Shown: piece by piece, positions 1-10,401 of the stretch
How positions within the stretch are numbered: the stretch's first letter is position 1
Layout of the letters: each line of letters starts with the position of its first letter
IMG/VR virus record: IMGVR_UViG_3300029733_000185
Length of the DNA stretch: 64,000 bases
DNA from: a virus
Taxonomy: Duplodnaviria > Heunggongvirae > Uroviricota > Caudoviricetes
Direction: 5' to 3' (one strand)
Translations under genes and position numbers: made by a program
The notes under the pieces: model-generated
Seen by the model: the letters and a program-made list of their open reading frames with translations, nothing else
Database searches by the model: none
Told to the model about the DNA's origin: nothing

Positions 1-113
1 CCAAAGTTGTTTTGGATTGCCAGAATTGCTGGTAATAAAATCTTGTTCCAGACTTAGAAGTCGATTCGTTTTGCTTAAAATTGACGTGTTAAAACTCTGA
101 TTATTATTCATTT
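1..113 (-). CDS. partial CDS (N-terminal 37 aa, continues past window start)
   Basis: ATG at 113 preceded by AGGAGAG RBS; reading frame open to position 1. Confidence 0.35.
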
Positions 114-144
114 ATTTACTCTCCTCTTGCCATTGATTTTGCCT

Positions 145-696
145 TTATGATTGAATTTGAACATTGCCCAAGCCATCAATAATGGCTACAGTTTTGATAT
201 CGAAATCGTCTGACAATTGGAACTTATCGAGTCCATTTTCTGATGGAAAAACCAATGCCGTAGGAATCTTTGATTGCATTCCACCATAGTTTGTTTCGAT
301 CATTCTGGACTGAATATGCTCATCGTTTTCAGGGATATAGAACACAGAAAGATCTTCTGCATGATCGTTTTTCACACCGTAAAAGTATGCAATGCTCGGA
401 TATTTTGGCTGAAAATTACACCAGTTAAAGCGATCACTTAGATTTACGAACAGCCAAATCGCCTTGTCTAAAGTAGGCGTAAGGTGTGAATAACTGTAAC
501 CTTTTGTTGATGTCAAATACTTTTTCGTTGAGTCAAAATAAGCATCTCGACGAATGGAAAGCGTGCGTAAAACATTCTGTGCAGTTTGAGCATCGACATG
601 ATTGACATCGAACATTCGTTCTAATTGCTCTGTGCGCACAATTGATGCAGCGTCAACTAGGGACGCTGCACGTTGATAGATTTCATTAAACTTCAT
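145..696 (-). CDS. hypothetical protein in conjugation module
   Basis: 183-aa ORF, GGAGG RBS 8 nt upstream of ATG; no recognisable motif. Confidence 0.55.
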   Translation of the reverse strand: MKFNEIYQRAASLVDAASIVRTEQLERMFDVNHVDAQTAQNVLRTLSIRRDAYFDSTKKYLTSTKGYSYSHLTPTLDKAIWLFVNLSDRFNWCNFQPKYPSIAYFYGVKNDHAEDLSVFYIPENDEHIQSRMIETNYGGMQSKIPTALVFPSENGLDKFQLSDDFDIKTVAIIDGLGNVQIQS

Positions 697-810
697 AAAT
701 TTACCTCCTGTTGTCTATTAAAAACAAGTTCCTAATTTACAGATAACACAGGCATAATTCTCTTCTTATTCTCCTTCCCTTGTACCTGAAAATTATCTGA
801 AAATTATAAA

Positions 811-3342
811 TTATGCTGCCAAATCAGCAGCGGAAATTTCTTCACCGTTTTGAATTTTTTTCAACAATGCACGATCCGTCGTTACCAAAAGCGTTTCATA
901 TTTTGATGCTTTATAGTCAATGGCAAACGTGTTTGAATTTGATTTGACAAGAATCTGTCCGCGACCGAATGCCATGATTGTGTCCTTTTCGCCATCAGAT
1001 AGATCGAAAATTCTTTGAATTGTGTCAGCCTCTTTCTTCTCCAATCGAAGCAGCAGCTTGATTTTGGAGTTGTTAATGATTGATTCGCCGTATGCGCCAT
1101 TATCAAGTGCAAAGAAATCCTTGATGTCCTGCGTTGCCGCGATAGCTGCACCACCATATCCACGGATTGTTTTGAAGATTTTCTTGATGAATTTTGCTGT
1201 TAATTCATTCTCGCTGATTAGCTTCCAAGCCTCATCAATGGCAATAATCTTCTTTTGCGTTTTGTCTTCACGAACCTTGTCCCAGATGTATTCCAAAGCC
1301 ACATACATTCCGACGGGTTTTAATTCATCGCTCAAATCCGTCACGTCCATAACGATGTATTTGTTGTCCAAATCCACATTTGTTTGTCCGTTAAAGACTG
1401 ATGCAGAGCCATGCACGTACCGATTAAGGATGTTTGCAAGTCTGGTTGTCCGCTCGTTTTTGATCAGCTCATTGTAGAGATCTTCAAGAATGGGCATCTC
1501 TTTAAACACCGGATATCTGGTTTCTTTTCCGTCAATCATACGCGTCTCATAGTGATCCAAAAGGCTCTTATTATCCTTTGTAATCCCTTTTAAGGCATAC
1601 GTGTTAATGATGGCCTCGTCCAAAAGCTGACGCTCTTCAAGGGACATATCTGACAAAATCAGAGAGAAGAATGTGGATAAGTTTTCAATCTTTTGATTAA
1701 GCAATACAACCGGGCGGCGGCGTCCTCTGAACATATAAGCGCTCAAATCATCATTCTCTTCAATTATCTCATCAGCCTCTTCGAAGTTAATTGTTGGACG
1801 AATTTCCATAACATTAATTGTGTTAACAGAACCGCTGGAAATGTTGATGTATGATCCTCCAAGTGCAACAGTTGAGGAAAGAAACTCTTCTCCCTTTTCC
1901 GGAATAATTGAGAAGACCTGTACACCTTTTAATCTGTATCGCATACAAATTGTTTGAAGTGTAAATGTCTTACCTGCACCGCAAGTGCCAAGAAGCACCA
2001 TATTTGCATTTGCATATTTCTTTGTATTGAAATTATCAGAAACAACCATGGAGTTGTTGTCTTGGCTAATGCCAAGTAGTATGCCGTCATCATCAGATAC
2101 CTCAAAGGAAGTAAATGGATAGATGGAAGCAAACCCGGTTGTTGTCATATTACGCTTTGCTTTTTTCCAAAGTTTTTCAGGTAATGTACCGGCGATCATC
2201 GTCGATTGCAAGCACTCTTCAACACGATACGGCATCTCCATAGCGGCAATATCGATTGTGCTTAACTTCTCACGAAGCTGCCCCTGCTTGTACAACAAAA
2301 CATCCGGATTTTCGTCAGAAATAGTAATCAGCGTACCGACGTAGAAAAACTCCTCTCCCCCGCTCAAAGCGTTCTTTATGAAATTTGAAGCTTGAATTGA
2401 GTTCACAAGTTCGTCTTTGTTGTCTCCTTCAGCGTTGCTATGGTTGAGTCGAGCAGTGTTGATGCGAGCCTTTTGCCGAACTCTAGACTTCATTGTCGTA
2501 GTTGGCTTTTTTTCAACGAATACATCAACATCTACACCCTCACAGAAATTGAACAGGAAGTCCATCCAGGCGCCGGAAACATACTCCGGGTAATCGGATC
2601 CTGGAATAAGTAAAAACGTGTAATAAACACCGTCTACGACCGCATAATCGCGATGAATTTCGATATCTTTTGGCGAGCAAATATCGTTGTAATATCCTTT
2701 TGCCTCTACCATTTTTTCTTCGTCGTTATTGTAATACTTAAGAACACCGGGTTTACTTTCGTGAATACGATACCACATTTCTCCCAGGTCTCCGTTGCGA
2801 TTAGCAATGCGATAAACGGTCTCTACGACCCATTCCGCCTCGTTTTCGTGGCGAACTGTTTCGTTACCGCATCCACGCAGATACTGCGTTGCTGTCTGTC
2901 TGGCACGACGTAGATAGTCAACAATATCGTATTCATTATTAACCGGCATGTTTTCAGTCTCAGTAAACTCGAGAATTAAGTAGAAATGTCTTTCAATTCC
3001 CTCTCTGTTCCCCAAGTTGCGGACCAGGTTAACATACTCTTTTTGATACTCTCCGATATACTTGTTGTCCGCTTCATTTTGGAACTCCTTTTGTAGATTT
3101 GCGATGTAATGATCTACATTAGCGCGTCTTGATGTCACCTTAATGCGAAAGCGCACAGGAAGGATCTTTGAGTATGCGGCAAAAGCGCGAATGATTTTTC
3201 TCTTTTCATCGACGCTTTTGTACGAGAAGTTGATCGGGTCGATTTCGAGAATGGTCAAATATCTATTGTCTGTTGTAACGATTACTTCATCGAGCATCTT
3301 ATAAATATTGATGAAGTCATTTGTTGCTGTAATGATAAACAC
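811..3342 (-). CDS. VirB4/TrsE/TcpF-like conjugative T4SS ATPase
   Basis: 843 aa; Walker A GTCGAGKT and Walker B-like DEAWKL; size and position typical of Tn916 Orf16/TcpF family. Confidence 0.85.
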   Translation of the reverse strand: MFIITATNDFINIYKMLDEVIVTTDNRYLTILEIDPINFSYKSVDEKRKIIRAFAAYSKILPVRFRIKVTSRRANVDHYIANLQKEFQNEADNKYIGEYQKEYVNLVRNLGNREGIERHFYLILEFTETENMPVNNEYDIVDYLRRARQTATQYLRGCGNETVRHENEAEWVVETVYRIANRNGDLGEMWYRIHESKPGVLKYYNNDEEKMVEAKGYYNDICSPKDIEIHRDYAVVDGVYYTFLLIPGSDYPEYVSGAWMDFLFNFCEGVDVDVFVEKKPTTTMKSRVRQKARINTARLNHSNAEGDNKDELVNSIQASNFIKNALSGGEEFFYVGTLITISDENPDVLLYKQGQLREKLSTIDIAAMEMPYRVEECLQSTMIAGTLPEKLWKKAKRNMTTTGFASIYPFTSFEVSDDDGILLGISQDNNSMVVSDNFNTKKYANANMVLLGTCGAGKTFTLQTICMRYRLKGVQVFSIIPEKGEEFLSSTVALGGSYINISSGSVNTINVMEIRPTINFEEADEIIEENDDLSAYMFRGRRRPVVLLNQKIENLSTFFSLILSDMSLEERQLLDEAIINTYALKGITKDNKSLLDHYETRMIDGKETRYPVFKEMPILEDLYNELIKNERTTRLANILNRYVHGSASVFNGQTNVDLDNKYIVMDVTDLSDELKPVGMYVALEYIWDKVREDKTQKKIIAIDEAWKLISENELTAKFIKKIFKTIRGYGGAAIAATQDIKDFFALDNGAYGESIINNSKIKLLLRLEKKEADTIQRIFDLSDGEKDTIMAFGRGQILVKSNSNTFAIDYKASKYETLLVTTDRALLKKIQNGEEISAADLAA

Positions 3343-3347
3343 CCCCT

Positions 3348-3386
3348 ACTAAAAAAGGCAGCACGCGCAAAAGCTCGTACTGCCGA
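3348..3386 (-). terminator. hairpin + U-tract immediately upstream of VirB4 RBS
   Basis: GGCAG..CTGCC stem (3357-3384), U-run, then AGGGGGTG RBS. Confidence 0.5.
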
Positions 3387-3422
3387 ATCAGGATAACCTT
3401 TTGCGAATTTAACCTATGGGCG

Positions 3423-3608
3423 TCAATGAATTGCGCCTTGAACAACGAAATTAGCAATTGTCAGTGCGAGCATTACAACAAACGCAATACCAATCCAACG
3501 TGTACGCTTGTCTTGCCAAAATTCTTTAAACTTCTCTTTGGTAAATCCGTTTTCGCCATTTTGACGAGTGTTGTTCTTGTCTTTGTCATCAATTTTCATA
3601 ATCATACC
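3423..3608 (-). CDS. small membrane protein (conjugation-associated, unknown)
   Basis: single C-terminal TM helix; start chosen at MIMKIDD with AGAGAGG RBS. Confidence 0.45.
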   Translation of the reverse strand, partial: GMIMKIDDKDKNNTRQNGENGFTKEKFKEFWQDKRTRWIGIAFVVMLALTIANFVVQGAIH

Positions 3609-3612
3609 TCTC

Positions 3613-3996
3613 TTATTCTTGATTTGTTTGTTTTGTTTGTTGAGCATCAGAAAGTACATGTCTCATGCTGGCTTCGAGTTCGTCTTCGTCAATGAAGAGC
3701 TCTTCTCGTTTGTATTCTTTTGGCTGCGACTTAAAGTGCAACCATAGAAGCACATATTCTGTAACTGAGCACTTATGAATTCCAAAGAACCCAAAAAATG
3801 CAGCCGGGCCTCCGAAAAGGATAATCAAGACGATTCTCGCCTTGACAGAGATCGGCAAAAAGCCAAAAATCAATACGAAAATCGCAAAGAAAATAACGGC
3901 TTCGACTACGTTGCGCATGCTGCGACCCGAGCCGGTGATCATATTATCTTCGTAATTTTTAGGAATAAAATATCCGTCTTCCATATGTTCCATCAC
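3613..3996 (-). CDS. TcpE/Orf17-like two-TM membrane protein (VirB3 analogue)
   Basis: 127 aa, two hydrophobic helices, lies immediately upstream of VirB4-like gene as in Tn916/pCW3. Confidence 0.5.
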   Translation of the reverse strand: MMEHMEDGYFIPKNYEDNMITGSGRSMRNVVEAVIFFAIFVLIFGFLPISVKARIVLIILFGGPAAFFGFFGIHKCSVTEYVLLWLHFKSQPKEYKREELFIDEDELEASMRHVLSDAQQTKQTNQE

Positions 3997-4003
3997 TCCT
4001 TTG

Positions 4004-4045
4004 AAAAAAAAATAAAAAGAGAACTATCAGATGATAGTTCTCCTT
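4004..4045 (-). terminator. intrinsic terminator-like hairpin
   Basis: perfect stem GAGAACTATCA/TGATAGTTCTC plus long U-run; lies between TGTTATAAT motif (4209-4222) and gene start 3996. Confidence 0.6.
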
Positions 4046-4290
4046 AAATTGCACATTTGCCTATCTGTGCATCTATTCAGTTCATATTTTCAAAAAAAAT
4101 CCAAGAAAAGATATAACTTACGCATATCCATCACTCCGATGGATTCTTTGAGTGTGATTCAATTTACGTAGGCATTCTTTTTAAGGACTTCTTTGATTTC
4201 ATCTTCTCAATAATTATAACATAGTCAAAAAAACAGGTCAATAACACCGAAGCATTATTGACCTGGTAATATCGGGAAATTCAGGAAATA

Positions 4291-7200
4291 TTATCCATTA
4301 CCCCAAGAAAGAATTTGCAGGGTTCCGTCCTCTCTGCCGATCCGGTAGCACTCTGAGTGTCCGCCTGGTGTGAAAATATCAATGCGTCCACGATTGTTGC
4401 CTGTGGGGGCAATATCAAAATCACTACCGCCTCTGTCTGCCACTGTATACACGGTTGTCTTATTGCCAATCTTGACGCTAATTTTTGTCCCTAAAGGTAG
4501 CCAGTTGCAAGCAATGTAATGCGGATCCGACATACCATTTCGTATCTTTTTACCACTGGCCGTCGTTCCGGTTCCGCCCGTTCCGTTGCAAATAGCACAA
4601 GCGCAATAGTGTGTTGCGGTAATCTTGTATGATGTTCCGGGAGAATAAGTGCGGCCTTTGTAAGTGTGTTTTACAGTTGTAGTAAAGAGTTTTGATGGGT
4701 CTTTGTACGAACCATTCACCAAATAGCCAAAATGCAAGTGAGGACCAGTTGAGTTACCTGTATTACCAGAGTACCCGATAAGTTGCCCCCTTGTAACCTT
4801 TTGGCCTTTTTTTGCAATTCTTTTGGATAGATGGCAATATTGTGTCGTTACATTTCCGCTTCGAATATAAATATGTTCACCGAAGCTTCTATATGCCTGA
4901 CCATTTGGCGCTTTCAAGCCGTTTCCTGCAGAACCGCCTGATGTTGTATATGTTGACTCAGCAACAACGCCATCAGCTGCAGCAAACACCTTTGTGCCCA
5001 CGGGAACGGCAAAATCAACGCCATTATGGTTTGCGTAACCGTAGAATCCGGTTGTAATCTTATGGCTCTTTGTAGGCCATCCAAGCACACCAGACGTGCT
5101 ATATGTATCAATGCTTGAGGACATGGACTCCAATTGCTCTTGATACGCAGTATTGTAAGCATCAACAAATGACTGATAGTCAGGTTGCGCATATCCGGTT
5201 ACAGAGTACAAATGATAATAGTGTGATAAAGTCTTATCGATAGGCGTTACGGTTCCGGTTTTGGCATCAATTCGCACATTTGTCACGGTAAAGTTTGATC
5301 CGCGAATATTTCTCGTTACGGACCAATCTTTGTAGTCTTTATAATCCGTCAGATTTGCTTTGAATGGCTCATCGTCATAATTATAAATAGCCACATTGAT
5401 TGTTTTGTTTGTCAAATTAACACCTGTTACAATGCCAACCTGATATGCCCAGTTGTGATTGCTATATTTGGCAAAGGCTGCGTCGTAATTTTTATTATTC
5501 TTTTGCCCGAACAGAGACGCCATTGCGATGTTTGGATAATTCTTAAGTTTTTCTCCAAGCTCATTTCCCTGTTCTCCAGCTGTCCAATAGAATGCCGCAT
5601 TCATAAACAGCATATCGCCTTGCTTGATGTGCGTACTACTGTTTTTGTTAAATGCGTTTTTCCAACCTTCTTTATACGGCTTTGATTCTTTAATCAATGC
5701 ATGGTAACTGTTTTTTACTTTGGCCTGGACTGCCTTATCTTTGGAGAGATTGTGTCTGTAATATTCATAATACTCCTCTCCGGCAATCATCTTGAAATTC
5801 TGATTTGTTTTTCCGTTCTTTGTGCTATACTGTCCAGGAAACAGATACTCTCTCAGCTTTACTTTAGAATTGGATAAAGCCTTTTGGTAGATGCACGTTA
5901 CAAATAAACCATCTTCGCCTTTGGCCAACTCGCCTTTTGTAAAGGTCTCTTCGTTGTATTTAATTACATTTCCGGCAGAGTCTTTTGTGGCATAAATGCT
6001 CTTTACGCTGCCATTCATCATGTTTTCGAACATATCGTCAGTGACGAATACGCCCTTTCGGTTAGATAGCGTCGGATTACCGACATAGCTTTTTGCCATA
6101 ACTGCTACATAACGTCGTGCAGTTGCTTCGGTCAGGTTTCCGGTAAGAAGTCCATCGCCTTCTAATTGACTCAATAAACTCTCGCCGCCACAAAGCTGTA
6201 TATAAACCGTGTGTGCTGGTGTCATTTTACAATACGGATCGTATTTCTCATCGCCTTTTTCATATTCGGGCGTGTTTGTTGCTGCTTCTATAATGGCATC
6301 AGAAATAAGAGTTTTTCCGGCCACTTCTTCCATTTCTTTATCAGTCAAGTCGAAGATCTTTTGAACAAAGCGAGAACTCGTGGTACCGTCAGCATTCTTC
6401 AGCTGCTCATTTTTATTATCGTCGTTTGCAAATACCGATACATTAACAATAATGCGTTTAATGGAGTGGTAATTCGTATCTCCCTCTGTCGTATCGCTCA
6501 AATATGCTTTGTCAATATTGGAAATCAAATTTCTGCCAACATTTATCTTGTCGCTTCCCACTTGGTAGGAATAATCATACATTTTATCTGCCACGTCCGA
6601 CTGATGCATGTAGTAATAAAGCGCAGATGTGTCTGTAAGACCCCAACTGGCCATATTGGCATCCACGCTTTCAAGATCGGATTCCATTTTTGCAAAATTA
6701 TCTGCAACTTGAGTCATATTGAATCTTGACGCCGTGCTATTCCCAACCTTGCTCACGACCCTGCCGACATCGATAAAAACAGATTTTCCACCTGTTTTTA
6801 TGTATCGCTTTACAGCATCTAATCCCTCAGTGAATACAGACACAACGCCATTTTCTTCAATCAGCTTCTCGCGGTATTTAACAAACGCGTTAATAATCTC
6901 TGAGTAGGTGTAGTCATATGTTGAAGATCCGCTTCCGGAATAAGCGTTTTTATAAACGACTTCTACACAGTTGTTGTCAGGATCTACATAACGAAATACT
7001 GCATCGTTTAAATTCGCTCCCGTATAGCCGTCCATGTCTACTCCAATACTAAACTCTCCACCGTCATCAATTTGATAGGCGTATCCGGATCCACCGAAGT
7101 GTTCTTCGTCATAATATGAATTACACAGAGTGTCAAAATTTGGAATAACCTTGCTATTGCCTAAATCTTTCTTCATGTGATTAACAGTGCTCCAGGCTGC

Positions 7201-7986
7201 ATCGGATACAGCATCGTCTATGGCTACTGTTGCCTGCTTTAAGGTCCAATCAGAATAGCTTTTGTTAATATTATTCCAAATCATCGCCGGAGTGCTTAAA
7301 AATAGCACAATCATAGCACAAAGAAGAAATAAAATCGGCAAAACGATTCTAAGAATTGCAGGTATAATGCGAACTCCGTCTTTAACAGCGCCTGCATAGT
7401 CGTCTGCCATGGCTTTCGCAGCAACCTTACCGGCACCAATAGCAACATCCTTTATGTCTCCGGCTGTATTTTCAATGTCGCTTTTACCATTATCTTGATA
7501 GAGATGTGCAGTGTCTTGAGCAGCTCCGCGTGCAGCATTGGCAATCCCGACTGCATCTGCAGCACCACCAGCACCACCGGAACCACCTGAGCCCGCGTCA
7601 CCACTCTTTGCATTTTCTGCCGCTTTTCGATTGTCTTTTTGCTGCTCGTTTTTAGAGTCTGATGCATTGGACGGATTTGAATCTTGTGACTTATTTTGAT
7701 TGTCAAAAGGTTGCCTGGTTGGGTCTCCGTTTGGTTGGCGATTTTTATCACTGTTGTTTTGTGTACTTCCGGAGAACGCACTTGAAGCTGACTTCATTTT
7801 ATCAGCTGCGCCTTTGAGATCCGGTCCAGTGGCGTTAGCCGATGGGGACGGCATACTCCCCACCGGCTGATTTGTAGATTGTTTGTCTTGTTTGCTGTCA
7901 GCGGAATAGGAATTGTTTTGTTCTATTCCTGTTTCATTGCCAAGATTAGTGCTTTGCTGATTGGTTTCAAATTCTTCGTTTGCCAA
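4291..7986 (-). CDS. conjugation-associated peptidoglycan hydrolase: M23 peptidase + C-terminal 3D domain
   Basis: 1231 aa; TTG start with GGGAGG RBS; N-terminal low-complexity region then TM; M23 motif GNTGNSTGPHLHFG; C-terminal IACNWLPLGTKI...VADRGG...IDIF matches 3D (MltA-like) domain. Confidence 0.8.
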   Translation of the reverse strand: MANEEFETNQQSTNLGNETGIEQNNSYSADSKQDKQSTNQPVGSMPSPSANATGPDLKGAADKMKSASSAFSGSTQNNSDKNRQPNGDPTRQPFDNQNKSQDSNPSNASDSKNEQQKDNRKAAENAKSGDAGSGGSGGAGGAADAVGIANAARGAAQDTAHLYQDNGKSDIENTAGDIKDVAIGAGKVAAKAMADDYAGAVKDGVRIIPAILRIVLPILFLLCAMIVLFLSTPAMIWNNINKSYSDWTLKQATVAIDDAVSDAAWSTVNHMKKDLGNSKVIPNFDTLCNSYYDEEHFGGSGYAYQIDDGGEFSIGVDMDGYTGANLNDAVFRYVDPDNNCVEVVYKNAYSGSGSSTYDYTYSEIINAFVKYREKLIEENGVVSVFTEGLDAVKRYIKTGGKSVFIDVGRVVSKVGNSTASRFNMTQVADNFAKMESDLESVDANMASWGLTDTSALYYYMHQSDVADKMYDYSYQVGSDKINVGRNLISNIDKAYLSDTTEGDTNYHSIKRIIVNVSVFANDDNKNEQLKNADGTTSSRFVQKIFDLTDKEMEEVAGKTLISDAIIEAATNTPEYEKGDEKYDPYCKMTPAHTVYIQLCGGESLLSQLEGDGLLTGNLTEATARRYVAVMAKSYVGNPTLSNRKGVFVTDDMFENMMNGSVKSIYATKDSAGNVIKYNEETFTKGELAKGEDGLFVTCIYQKALSNSKVKLREYLFPGQYSTKNGKTNQNFKMIAGEEYYEYYRHNLSKDKAVQAKVKNSYHALIKESKPYKEGWKNAFNKNSSTHIKQGDMLFMNAAFYWTAGEQGNELGEKLKNYPNIAMASLFGQKNNKNYDAAFAKYSNHNWAYQVGIVTGVNLTNKTINVAIYNYDDEPFKANLTDYKDYKDWSVTRNIRGSNFTVTNVRIDAKTGTVTPIDKTLSHYYHLYSVTGYAQPDYQSFVDAYNTAYQEQLESMSSSIDTYSTSGVLGWPTKSHKITTGFYGYANHNGVDFAVPVGTKVFAAADGVVAESTYTTSGGSAGNGLKAPNGQAYRSFGEHIYIRSGNVTTQYCHLSKRIAKKGQKVTRGQLIGYSGNTGNSTGPHLHFGYLVNGSYKDPSKLFTTTVKHTYKGRTYSPGTSYKITATHYCACAICNGTGGTGTTASGKKIRNGMSDPHYIACNWLPLGTKISVKIGNKTTVYTVADRGGSDFDIAPTGNNRGRIDIFTPGGHSECYRIGREDGTLQILSWGNG

Positions 7987-8022
7987 TTCCTAAACCTCCC
8001 TTCTTCTGCCTAGTTTGGCTTA

Positions 8023-9831
8023 TTACTCATTTTCTTCGTATTGTCCTCTTGACGAGAATCCAGGATCAACAAACTTTGAACCTTTGCGATTCAAGTCGTC
8101 TGCTGTCATGCTACGGAATGAGTAAGAGCCAACAGCTCCTGCAGAATTGTAAGCCGTATTCATACTAGTGAGCACAACACCATTTTCTTTCGCATAAGTC
8201 GTTGCAGCCTTTGTTGCGTCCGCTGCAGTATTCCCTGTAAATGTAAATGTTCCGACGTTTGGATTATCGCCCTTTTGTAAACCACCGTGTGTTCTATTGT
8301 AGTTAACAGCCACAGCTTCTGGTGAGATTGCACCTGATGCACGATGACCGTCCACTTTCGCAATAACTGGTCTACCACTATTGAAGCCAACAACCGCATT
8401 TCCCTTTTTGAGTGTCTTTTGTACATCACTCATAACGCCGGATGCTTGAGCTGGCGTGATGCGTCCATTGTTAGACAGAGCATCCATAACCTGAGATGCA
8501 TCGATAGAGCCATCTTTGTCTGTTTCGTAGTTTGGAAGTCCGGCCAGGGAACCATCCATATTGCGGTCAAATTTATTTTTGTCGAGCATGCCAAGTGTAT
8601 TTTCTCCAAGTTTAACCCCTTGTTTAATTGGTGCATCTGCATTAATTGTGTTGTTTTTCTTGCCTGCAACCGGCGTGTCTGAAGCACCAGAAATGCCACT
8701 TAAAGGATTTGCATTTGAACCTGATGGCGTTTCGCCAGTTGAAGCTCCACCAGATGCTGATTTACCAGCACCGCCGCCTCTATTGAATGGGGCAGTAACA
8801 AGGCTATGCAGACCTTTTCCAGTAAGTAGCTTTGAGCCAGTCTCTAAACTCTTCATTACGCCAAGACTGCTCATCAGGAAACTTCTGTTTTGGATCGGAT
8901 TAACCTTAAACACGATTTGTGCCAATAGCTGATCTAACCGTTGAGCCATCTTGCTGATAGCAATAAGAGAAATCAGAGACAAGATTTTTGTACCAGCATC
9001 TGTTGACAAGTCGCCTGTAGAGCGTCCCCATGCAGAAAAGCAGTTGCTGAACGCAAGCAGACACAACTTATAACCAACAAGGTTGAATATGATGGTTAAT
9101 ACATTTGAAATCATCAAATTGAACCAGTTTTTGAAAATTTGGATGCTTTTTTCAGATACGATAGTCGCTGACGCAAGTGGTGCGCTCAGCACCAATAAGT
9201 TGATCGTGAAATACCGTTCTGCATTTTCAGCAACCAGCTTGAATAAGTTGATTGTTGCCGCTATAACGCAGATCAAAAATAGAAGCACTCCGAACAAAGC
9301 TTCAATCGACTTAAATGTGCCATTTGTAGAAATGACAAAATTAGAAAAAGAACCAAGAGTTCCATCTGTCAACTTATTTAACAAGTCAGTTCCGCTCACT
9401 TTTGATAGCGGGAGTTGAAGATTAAGCACCTTGTTAAAGAAAGATTGAGCAAATGGAAAAATATAGTCTGTGATTGCGGTTGCTAACCAGTAGTTACAAA
9501 AAATAGCAATAATAAACTTACCAACCAATGCATAAGGGTTCGGAATATCGTCATTTAATCTTCCGCTATACACGCGCAATAGGCCGAAAATTAAAAGCAA
9601 AATAGAAATAGATAAACCAGCCGTTGTAATGATAGTGTTGAGCTGATTCAGAAATGTTGCCCCGAACATAGACACAAACATATTGGTAGAAAAGTTAAAT
9701 GGTTTCATAAAAAATTCGCCCATTGTGTTTAACAGTGAGAGAACAAGCTGCAGCAGACCAGACAACAATGCCCAGATTACATCGCTAAGTATGCTTGTGA
9801 TTAGACTACTTCCAACCATTTGTGTATTCAC
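8023..9831 (-). CDS. VirB6/TrbL/TcpH-like polytopic membrane protein
   Basis: 602 aa, multiple N-terminal TM helices, Gly/Ser-rich soluble C-terminus; true start may be the ATG at 9819 (GGAGG RBS). Confidence 0.6.
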   Translation of the reverse strand: MNTQMVGSSLITSILSDVIWALLSGLLQLVLSLLNTMGEFFMKPFNFSTNMFVSMFGATFLNQLNTIITTAGLSISILLLIFGLLRVYSGRLNDDIPNPYALVGKFIIAIFCNYWLATAITDYIFPFAQSFFNKVLNLQLPLSKVSGTDLLNKLTDGTLGSFSNFVISTNGTFKSIEALFGVLLFLICVIAATINLFKLVAENAERYFTINLLVLSAPLASATIVSEKSIQIFKNWFNLMISNVLTIIFNLVGYKLCLLAFSNCFSAWGRSTGDLSTDAGTKILSLISLIAISKMAQRLDQLLAQIVFKVNPIQNRSFLMSSLGVMKSLETGSKLLTGKGLHSLVTAPFNRGGGAGKSASGGASTGETPSGSNANPLSGISGASDTPVAGKKNNTINADAPIKQGVKLGENTLGMLDKNKFDRNMDGSLAGLPNYETDKDGSIDASQVMDALSNNGRITPAQASGVMSDVQKTLKKGNAVVGFNSGRPVIAKVDGHRASGAISPEAVAVNYNRTHGGLQKGDNPNVGTFTFTGNTAADATKAATTYAKENGVVLTSMNTAYNSAGAVGSYSFRSMTADDLNRKGSKFVDPGFSSRGQYEENE

Positions 9832-9840
9832 CTCCGTTTC

Positions 9841-9876
9841 TAAAAAATAAGGGGCTTAAATGAATTAAGCCCCTTG
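9841..9876 (-). terminator. intrinsic terminator after pilin gene
   Basis: AAGGGGCTTAA..TTAAGCCCCTT stem plus U-run; directly precedes VirB6 RBS. Confidence 0.65.
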
Positions 9877-9897
9877 ATGAATTAACTCTTTAATGGT

Positions 9898-10314
9898 TTA
9901 GAATAATTGAGCAAAACTCATAATGTCTGCTGCTTTAGCCGCACCGAAATCGTATTGTGTTCCGGCGAACAAGCTGACACCATATGTCAAGATAGAGCCA
10001 AGCAGGAAAAACACGACAAAGCATCCAACAGCGCGTTTAGCCCAGCTAATGCCTTCATCTGCAGACTTGGAAGACTTGCCAATCATGATCGTCACGATTG
10101 AGATACCAAGCACCAGAACACAAAGTGGTGTAAACACTGTGTTTAGCAATGTACCAAGGCTCTTGATGACATTCAAAATTGCATCGCTTAAGCCGGTAGC
10201 TGCAAACGCTTGAACTGCCATTGCACTTGTTACAGCAAAAGCAGCCATAGCGGAGATGCAATTGCTTAGCTTTTTGCTGTTTTGGTTTTGACGCGTATTC
10301 TTTTTTGTCAACAT
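9898..10314 (-). CDS. VirB2/TrbC-like T4SS pilin candidate
   Basis: 138 aa; basic N-terminus, signal-like helix ending AVQAFAA, second hydrophobic helix; followed by intrinsic terminator. Confidence 0.5.
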   Translation of the reverse strand: MLTKKNTRQNQNSKKLSNCISAMAAFAVTSAMAVQAFAATGLSDAILNVIKSLGTLLNTVFTPLCVLVLGISIVTIMIGKSSKSADEGISWAKRAVGCFVVFFLLGSILTYGVSLFAGTQYDFGAAKAADIMSFAQLF

Positions 10315-10401
10315 AATACGTAATCCCCCTTTCGTAGTGTTTTGTAAGTATTTTGTTGATTATTATGAAGCGGATATATTCCGCATCTTTGCTTATTTAG
10401 T

